A stretch of 64,000 bases of DNA from Candidatus Roizmanbacteria bacterium RIFCSPLOWO2_01_FULL_39_19 (GTDB lineage Bacteria; Patescibacteriota; Microgenomatia; UBA1406; HO2-37-13b), in the NCBI GenBank assembly GCA_001789725.1, contig MGAM01000013.1, positions 14,275 to 78,274 of the forward strand, in the 5' to 3' direction. How positions within the stretch are numbered: position 1 is the first letter of the stretch; each line of letters opens with the position of its first letter. Below the pieces are notes generated by a model. The model was not told the DNA's origin. It was given only the letters and a program-made list of their open reading frames with translations, and did not search any database. This document shows, piece by piece, positions 57,831 through 64,000 of the stretch. The position numbers were made by a program, and so were the translations under genes.

Positions 57831-59381
57831 ATGACAGCAGAAGTAGCTTCTCATACAAAACAGGTCTTTTTAGTCGCTGAGGGTTCAATTGGTCCAGTAG
57901 AAAGAGATCGAGGCGGAAACTGGTATGAACCACTGGGAGTTTGGGTTCATCCCGAAATACAATCCTATATGGATTCAATGCCGGAAGCAGAACGTCTACT
58001 GGTTGAACGATCATTTCCTCTAAGTTTTGCTGTAGCCACTGCTTATAACGCTCAAATTGCTGACGTTGATTCTCATCAATTATGGCCACAATCTTTTTAT
58101 GAAAATGACGGTACGCAAAAACTACTTGAAGCGGCTGAAGTAAATCCTTCAATTGGAGATCCATTTGCAGTGGTCAGAGGTCAACCACCATATGGCGTTA
58201 TTCCCTTCAGTCTTACATATTTTGATGAACTTCAATCTGCTGTTGCTGCTTTAGAAGATATGATAGCAACAGACAGTCCGTCCGCCGTAAATTTAGCTCC
58301 ATATTTAGATGCACTCCGAAGAGCATACACACCCGATGAATTACGGACCAGTGATTTACCCTATTTGCATGAGGCGGATACAGCATGGGTGCACCTTGAT
58401 CCCGACACAGAGTTAATTTTTTTTGCAGAACCTACCGAGTCTTATTCTGATAACCTTGCTGCATTACGAGATGACGATAGCATAAGAAGATGGGCAATTG
58501 ATGTTGCAAATGCAAACGGACTTGGGCCATGGAAGAATTTTTTTGAGTTTAGGTTGATGCAGAAAGTTGATTTTGTGGTTAACCAAGAAGAAGTAGATGC
58601 AATTAGAGCAACAACTCGTAATCATTTCGTTAGACCAGGAGATGCACCTGTCCCTGCAAGTTTAGAGTTTAGGCGCTTACTTCTAGCCTCTGGACACGGA
58701 GCTCATCCCGCAAGAACAGCAAAAAATTACCCAAATTTTAATGATATTCGAAACGATCCAAATGGTGGTTATAAGAACGTACTCTACACCAATATGATTG
58801 AGGAAGGATTAGATAGTCAAGCCGTACCAATTCTGATGCATGCTTTTGGCACTGATTTTATGAGTCGATTCCCCAAAGAAAGACTCATGAGAGGCTCAAC
58901 ATTGCGGATTATCGGACATGAAGAAAATCATTCTTACAGGGTACACAAGGGTAATCTTGCTTTGGAAGAATTAAAGGCAACCATTGATGGCTTTGTGGCA
59001 GTTGATGAAGCGGGGAGATTTAAGGACGAAATAGATACGGTTTGTTTATCTACCGTCGGAGGAGCATTGTTTATTCGTTATAAAACTGCAAAAGCTCGGG
59101 CTGAAGGAGACACAAGAACCGAAAGAGGCTATAAGGCATACCATACCGGTGATACTATCATGATGAATTATCTTGCAGCAGCTGGGGCGTTTATTGACGT
59201 TAATGGTCATTATGGGGATATTGATTTTGATAATTTCAGGACAGCAATGAGAGACCTATGTAAAGAACTAGAGCAAGTCAGAGAAGGGACTGTTTCAGCT
59301 TCTGATTTTCAAGCAGCATGGGGAGCAGAAGAGATCTGGGATAGCTTTAAGGTTCTGCCTCCTGGAGTAGAACTCCACTAA
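57831..59381 (+). CDS. Zincin metallopeptidase, M49/DPP-III-like
   Basis: AKNYPN, KNVLY.N, HEENH, LEELKA. Confidence 0.6.
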   Translation: MTAEVASHTKQVFLVAEGSIGPVERDRGGNWYEPLGVWVHPEIQSYMDSMPEAERLLVERSFPLSFAVATAYNAQIADVDSHQLWPQSFYENDGTQKLLEAAEVNPSIGDPFAVVRGQPPYGVIPFSLTYFDELQSAVAALEDMIATDSPSAVNLAPYLDALRRAYTPDELRTSDLPYLHEADTAWVHLDPDTELIFFAEPTESYSDNLAALRDDDSIRRWAIDVANANGLGPWKNFFEFRLMQKVDFVVNQEEVDAIRATTRNHFVRPGDAPVPASLEFRRLLLASGHGAHPARTAKNYPNFNDIRNDPNGGYKNVLYTNMIEEGLDSQAVPILMHAFGTDFMSRFPKERLMRGSTLRIIGHEENHSYRVHKGNLALEELKATIDGFVAVDEAGRFKDEIDTVCLSTVGGALFIRYKTAKARAEGDTRTERGYKAYHTGDTIMMNYLAAAGAFIDVNGHYGDIDFDNFRTAMRDLCKELEQVREGTVSASDFQAAWGAEEIWDSFKVLPPGVELH

Positions 59382-59396
59382 ACTCTATTAACCAAT

Positions 59397-60083
59397 TTAA
59401 CTTTTTATCATAGCATCAAAAACTATTGGAGATTTATTTTTATTAGCTAGATCTTGAAGATGAGCCAATGTGTTTTCCATTGCTTCATTTACCTCAAATA
59501 TAAACTTCTTACTGATAATTTTTTCTTCTCCGGTCAGCACAATCAGTTTGCTCTCGATATTACCTTTATGAATTAATTTTTGCTTAGCATTTTCAAACTC
59601 TATAGCAAGTCTTGTTGTTCCTCTTGCATTAACAACAATCGGAAATCTGATATTCAGATCTGGTAATCTTGATCCACCTTGATCAACGTTAAAAAATAGC
59701 TTGAAATGCATCGGCCCATTTCCTAATTTTATATTTACGCCTTTGATTACTTGAGGATAACCATATTGATTTGTTATTGTGAACTCTAAGTGTATACGAG
59801 TTCCCAGCAACGTAGGGCTTTTTACTATGCCCATAAAAGGACTTAAAGTCAAACTCATTTTATTATCAATATTTCCCATACTACCATCACTCGAGAGTAG
59901 TTCTTGTGTTTGCTGTGCCACTAAGTCGGGGTAAACTTCGCTTGCCGTTCCAACGTATGCTTGATTAATTACCAGGTCTCTAGAGACATTAACATTAACT
60001 TCCTTTTTATCTCCTAACTTAAGCGACGGGTTTAAGCTAAGTTTCTCAATATTTATTAATTTATCTACGGCGCTTATGCCCAT
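59397..60083 (-). CDS. Hypothetical protein
   Basis: 228 aa ORF. Confidence 0.6.
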   Translation of the reverse strand: MGISAVDKLINIEKLSLNPSLKLGDKKEVNVNVSRDLVINQAYVGTASEVYPDLVAQQTQELLSSDGSMGNIDNKMSLTLSPFMGIVKSPTLLGTRIHLEFTITNQYGYPQVIKGVNIKLGNGPMHFKLFFNVDQGGSRLPDLNIRFPIVVNARGTTRLAIEFENAKQKLIHKGNIESKLIVLTGEEKIISKKFIFEVNEAMENTLAHLQDLANKNKSPIVFDAMIKS

Positions 60084-60101
60084 ATTGTAAATATTCCAAA
60101 A

Positions 60102-60524
60102 CTAGTTTTTAGTATAAGTTTTATCTATTAACCCTTTAAGTGATCGTACTAAGTTAACAATGGTTTGCATAATCGGATTCATTTGTTTAGCAGTCGTTGG
60201 TCCGGCCGCATTACTCGCCATAGCAACGCCATAATGTCTGAAAACATCCTCCACAATTTTCCCAACAGTGCTCAATAAGTATTGATCCTTCTCTCTCTCA
60301 AGCCATTTAAGCTTCCAAAAAAGGTAAGCAGAAACAGTAAAGGTAGAGAGAATACTAATAATACCTGTTTTATATTGCCATTCAGGTAGATCTGAGAACA
60401 AAAGTCGATTAAGAAGGTAAAGTGCAGCTCCTCCAGAAAATATAGGGACTATGGATCCTGTGTTTTTTTCACGTAGTTTCTTAAATATCTCATCTTTTTT
60501 CATACCTACTTGTATAAATTTCAC
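60102..60524 (-). CDS. Hypothetical two-TM protein
   Basis: Two hydrophobic segments. Confidence 0.55.
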   Translation of the reverse strand: MKFIQVGMKKDEIFKKLREKNTGSIVPIFSGGAALYLLNRLLFSDLPEWQYKTGIISILSTFTVSAYLFWKLKWLEREKDQYLLSTVGKIVEDVFRHYGVAMASNAAGPTTAKQMNPIMQTIVNLVRSLKGLIDKTYTKN

Positions 60525-60610
60525 TTGAGCAAGTAGTATATCATAGTTTAGGCTGTTATAAAAGAATAGTCATTCTTGTCTCTATTTATTCTGCTCGCAT
60601 TAAAGAGTTT

Positions 60611-60943
60611 TTATTTAGAGCCCTTCTCTTTGATCGGAAACAAGTATCGATATAGTGCTCCGCCGCCATAAAACACAAGAGGTGTTATTACAGCAATGCC
60701 AAGATAAATCCACATTAGTTTTTCAATATATTTATCAGTTTCTATATAGCCGAAACAAATGTCTATTTGATCAATTCCCACTCTTTTAACGCATTTCCCG
60801 TATTCCTCGGTCAATCGAAGACTTTGCTCACTTCTGGTGCTAAGTATTTTTAATCCCAGTATCGCACTTAAGATTGTTACAAGCAGCACTAAAATATTTA
60901 CCAATTTGTATAATCGTTGCCAACTCAATTGTCTTTTTTGCAT
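60611..60943 (-). CDS. Hypothetical two-TM protein
   Basis: TM-loop with two Cys-TM. Confidence 0.6.
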   Translation of the reverse strand: MQKRQLSWQRLYKLVNILVLLVTILSAILGLKILSTRSEQSLRLTEEYGKCVKRVGIDQIDICFGYIETDKYIEKLMWIYLGIAVITPLVFYGGGALYRYLFPIKEKGSK

Positions 60944-60951
60944 ATTCTTTT

Positions 60952-61293
60952 TTAATCGATAGGATATTTTTTAAAACATTCATCTTTTGACTTACGGCGA
61001 AGTTCTTCATTCCGATCCGCATTAGCAAACGGCAAACTGCAGTCCTCTTTAAGCCCACGAACTTTACACTCACTATCCCAATGCTCACTGTAAGCGCTGT
61101 CTGCGCCTGATAAACATATATTAAGATATGCCCTATTGGCAACTTTTTGTCTATCGGTTGCCTGCTGCTCTTTTTTTTGAAGATCTATTTTTGTCCATTC
61201 TTTTTGTGGCAAGAAAATCACAAAATAGTAGGCAGTCGATAAGGTGATAATAAGCATTGCCATGGAAAACAGGTTTTTACTATCAAACTTCAT
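60952..61293 (-). CDS. Membrane-anchored Cys-containing protein
   Basis: YYFVIFLP TM, four Cys, CFKKYP end. Confidence 0.65.
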   Translation of the reverse strand: MKFDSKNLFSMAMLIITLSTAYYFVIFLPQKEWTKIDLQKKEQQATDRQKVANRAYLNICLSGADSAYSEHWDSECKVRGLKEDCSLPFANADRNEELRRKSKDECFKKYPID

Positions 61294-61314
61294 AGACTTT
61301 TTAAAAAAACTAGA

Positions 61315-62073
61315 TTAATTTGCAACATGTTCGACATTACAGTTGTTACATGATGATGGTTTATCTCCAAATTCTCTTGTTTCACCATAAATCGATTCGG
61401 CTACCACCCATAACTTATTTGAACCTTGAGCGCTCATTGGGCCAGCAGTACAGCTGGTATTATCCCCAACAGGTCGTTCTCCTGTCAGACTCATACTGCC
61501 GCCCCATAAGGTATACAAACATCGTTTTAAAACTTTATTTGCCGTTACTACAGCAGTAACAGAATTTCCACTCCAATTAACTTCCCATGACGCCTCAAAG
61601 GGACGATTGTCTGGTGTTGGAGTCGGCGTTGGTTCTGGAGTAGTTGGTACTGTTGGAACGACTGTTGGAGTTGTTGTTGGCACCGATTGATTATTTGCCG
61701 ACTGATTATTACTATTGTTTGAGGGTTGATTTGAGGAATTATTTTGAGGTGCTGATTGGTTATTGTTTGAACTGTTTGCCTGTGGATTGCTTGACTGATT
61801 TTGTTGTGGTATAGCAGTTGGTGTAGGAGAGACGTAAGAACGCTTTTTGACTATCGTCGGTGTAGGGGTGTGAGATATTTTAATACTGATGCCCTCTACC
61901 TTACCACTTTGACTTCTTTTGCTGTCTGCTTTTTGAATCGGCTTCGTATTAACGAACTTCGCATGCAGTGTCACGACACTTACACCTGCCAAAAGCATGC
62001 CTATAGCAACTGTTACAAAAAGCTTGTTGTGTAAATAACTTAATAGGACAGTCTTTATTTTTATTTTCATCAT
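61315..62073 (-). CDS. Membrane-anchored Pro/Thr/Asn-rich protein
   Basis: TM, PTPT and NNQS repeats, small beta domain. Confidence 0.65.
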   Translation of the reverse strand: MMKIKIKTVLLSYLHNKLFVTVAIGMLLAGVSVVTLHAKFVNTKPIQKADSKRSQSGKVEGISIKISHTPTPTIVKKRSYVSPTPTAIPQQNQSSNPQANSSNNNQSAPQNNSSNQPSNNSNNQSANNQSVPTTTPTVVPTVPTTPEPTPTPTPDNRPFEASWEVNWSGNSVTAVVTANKVLKRCLYTLWGGSMSLTGERPVGDNTSCTAGPMSAQGSNKLWVVAESIYGETREFGDKPSSCNNCNVEHVAN

Positions 62074-62201
62074 AGTTAATAGATCAAAATCTATACCTAT
62101 AGTATATCAGACCTATAGAAACTTTTCAAGTTCAATACTGTGCCTAAAAAAGCAGTATAAAGACGATATTTTATGGCTAAGGAAGGGAAAATAAGCAGTA
62201 T

Positions 62202-62426
62202 ATGACATATTACTATACAAACAAAATTAAAGAGGAGCTTGGAAATAACATAAAACAGTCAAGAAAAAAGCTAAAGAAGAAACAAGTTGAGATTGCCGTC
62301 GACGCAGGAGTCAATCCCAGTTACTACGGTAAAATTGAGCGTGGTTTAGTCAACCCATCGATCGAAAAAGTTTTTCGGATTGTAAAGGCACTAAGGGTTA
62401 AATCTTCAGACTTGCTTCCGTTCTAA
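62202..62426 (+). CDS. XRE-family HTH regulator
   Basis: LG..IK..RK, YYGKIERG..NPS. Confidence 0.9.
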   Translation: MTYYYTNKIKEELGNNIKQSRKKLKKKQVEIAVDAGVNPSYYGKIERGLVNPSIEKVFRIVKALRVKSSDLLPF

Positions 62427-62864
62427 TAATCTTGTTTGCATAGAATAACTTGTATCCTTAATGATTTTATTTGTTTCGTCATGCGCAGTATCAGTGATAA
62501 CTATGTTGATATCCTGTTGTTCGTTTTTTTCATCCCTACCAAATACACTTTTTTCCTTTCTTTCAAGATACCATCGTGCTGTGGCAGTATCTTTTTCTTT
62601 TAAAATAGCAGTAGTAATCCTATTGGCAGCAACAAGTGTTAAATAAGCGCGCGCCGAGTCCATTTTTCGTCTAAAAACCTCATCAGATTCGTAATAATTG
62701 TAATAAGTCTGTTTTGAAATTGTAGCGTATTGACAGGCTGTTTCTATACTTAAACCACTTAATAACGCCTCTTCTAGTTTTTTGACAACGTATGGAAGAA
62801 TAACTCGGGGTCTACCACCACCATTCTGTGAAATCTGTCCATTGGGAATTGTTTGAGCATGCAT
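62406..62864 (-). CDS. Phage terminase-small-subunit-like HTH protein
   Basis: GGRP..KLEEA...AC.YA.IS..TYY, ARWYLER. Confidence 0.55.
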   Translation of the reverse strand: MHAQTIPNGQISQNGGGRPRVILPYVVKKLEEALLSGLSIETACQYATISKQTYYNYYESDEVFRRKMDSARAYLTLVAANRITTAILKEKDTATARWYLERKEKSVFGRDEKNEQQDINIVITDTAHDETNKIIKDTSYSMQTRLLERKQV

Positions 62865-62911
62865 AACTATATTTTACAATATTTAAGATACCGTTTATAA
62901 TACAGTTTAAA

Positions 62912-63649
62912 TTGAAATGGCAAGATATGGAAGACATATTTAGTAATATTCCTATTGACTTACTTCGTCAAGAATTAGACGTTCTCAACGTTTTGTTAAC
63001 CAAGCTTCAATATTCAAATGAAAAAAACAAGGTTACCAGTGCAGTAATTGATCTTGTCGTTGGAAAATACTTCGGAATGGGTGGTAGAACTGATTTAAGA
63101 AGAATTACTGAAATCTTAACTCGACTAAAAAACTTAAAGATTATAAAAAAAATAGCTAAGGGGCACCTTGATGGTGCAAATACCATTATTAGTTTGACTA
63201 TTGATAAAAAGGAATTAATTAATTATCAGGGCAAACTAGAACAAAAAATTGATAGTAAAACTCCCGCAGAACAAAAACGATGGGTCGATTATGACTATGA
63301 AACCAAAACTATTAAATTAATACAGAGAAATCAGCAAGTCGTCGCACTCACATTCAGAAAACTCCCAAGCGGTGAAATGAGCGATCAAAATATCTTATTT
63401 GAAGCCGGATATGAATCATGGAAAAATGGGGTCACTCAGTTATCCAAAGATGACTGGCTAAAATTAGTCTTAGTGAAGGTAAAAAAAATTAAACGCAATA
63501 TCGAGATTACACCAAAATGGTTTAAAAATACGCGTAGTAATTTAAGACGAACAATTGCAGACAGTGAAGCTAAAAATCTTATTATTGCTTTCGATTATGA
63601 TCACGAAACGAAAATGTTCACTTTTGATATAATACAATCTCCTCTTTAA
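62912..63649 (+). CDS. Hypothetical basic protein, possible winged helix
   Basis: 245 aa Lys-rich ORF. Confidence 0.55.
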   Translation: MKWQDMEDIFSNIPIDLLRQELDVLNVLLTKLQYSNEKNKVTSAVIDLVVGKYFGMGGRTDLRRITEILTRLKNLKIIKKIAKGHLDGANTIISLTIDKKELINYQGKLEQKIDSKTPAEQKRWVDYDYETKTIKLIQRNQQVVALTFRKLPSGEMSDQNILFEAGYESWKNGVTQLSKDDWLKLVLVKVKKIKRNIEITPKWFKNTRSNLRRTIADSEAKNLIIAFDYDHETKMFTFDIIQSPL

Positions 63650-63662
63650 CTCCAAAAACAGC

Positions 63663-63736
63663 GTACACCAAGCCTTACACCCGGTGTAAGCCAATTTTGA
63701 GGCTAGAAATACCTATTGACAAGATATCGGTGTAAC
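63663..63736. promoter_or_regulatory. Operator-like TACACC/GGTGTA sites around a TTGACA box
   Basis: Palindrome CTTACACC-C-GGTGTAAG 63674-63690; half sites at 63663 and 63728; TTGACA 63716-63721. Confidence 0.55.
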
Positions 63737-63753
63737 TCCATGGTTTTCCTCAT

Positions 63754-63993
63754 ATGGAAACAATGGTAGTAAAGGATATGGCGGTCGCCTCATTTCTTCT
63801 CTGTTCTGGTCAAGTTCGTTTAGTAAAAACAGAGAGAATAAACGAAAAACTTGTTTTATTCCATTTCTCACCTAAAAAAATTGCAGAAAAACTTGTTGCT
63901 GATTTTTGGTCTGATCAAGCCATAGTTTCCCCACGAAAAGTATTTGAGGCAAGAAGAAGTCTTACAGATTTGATTTTTTCAGGATCACCATGA
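63754..63993 (+). CDS. DUF5659-like small protein typical of integrated elements
   Basis: KDMAVASFL...VLFHF...FW..VSP. Confidence 0.6.
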   Translation: METMVVKDMAVASFLLCSGQVRLVKTERINEKLVLFHFSPKKIAEKLVADFWSDQAIVSPRKVFEARRSLTDLIFSGSP

Positions 63994-64000
63994 TAACAGC

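Overview
AT-rich chromosomal window that looks like a Patescibacteria/CPR (Microgenomates-like) genome: N-terminally short IF2, degenerate DHH protein after nusA-infB, many GT-C membrane glycosyltransferases, and TGnTATAAT-like -10 boxes very close to start codons. 1-10 kb is an accessory patch with several broken genes. 10-46 kb is mostly housekeeping and envelope genes (ZIP transporter, GT2/GT-C, S-layer-like and beta-helix proteins, a CcdA/VKOR/Crp cluster with two perfect CRP boxes, udg, typA, eno, dinB, rmuC, hicAB, infB, nusA). The main signal is at 47.75-57.76 kb: nine junctions sharing a GTCCA core split the region into 0.36-4.6 kb units of one to a few genes (methyltransferase, HepT/MNT TA, Cys-rich protein, kinase, GIY-YIG, S26-like, DUF4258/DUF2283 TA, hydrolase, PP2C-like, MFS, S58). 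The junctions are not attC sites or CRISPR repeats. Eight right arms read in one frame as short peptides (SRLVTDVRT.. or S[RT]LV[ED]YVGNYY..) whose variation is mostly synonymous, and the remaining one resembles the reverse complement of a tRNA 3' end. I infer a tandem, integron-like cassette array at a tRNA, in which each att site carries the C-terminal tail of an integrase. Neither the integrase nor the tRNA is in the window; a phage/IME-like region begins at about 59-64 kb and runs off the right edge. Also present: a GIY-YIG gene bracketed by REP-like hairpins, two MITE-like families and an IS3 with an adjacent deletion. All calls are by eye, without database searches.
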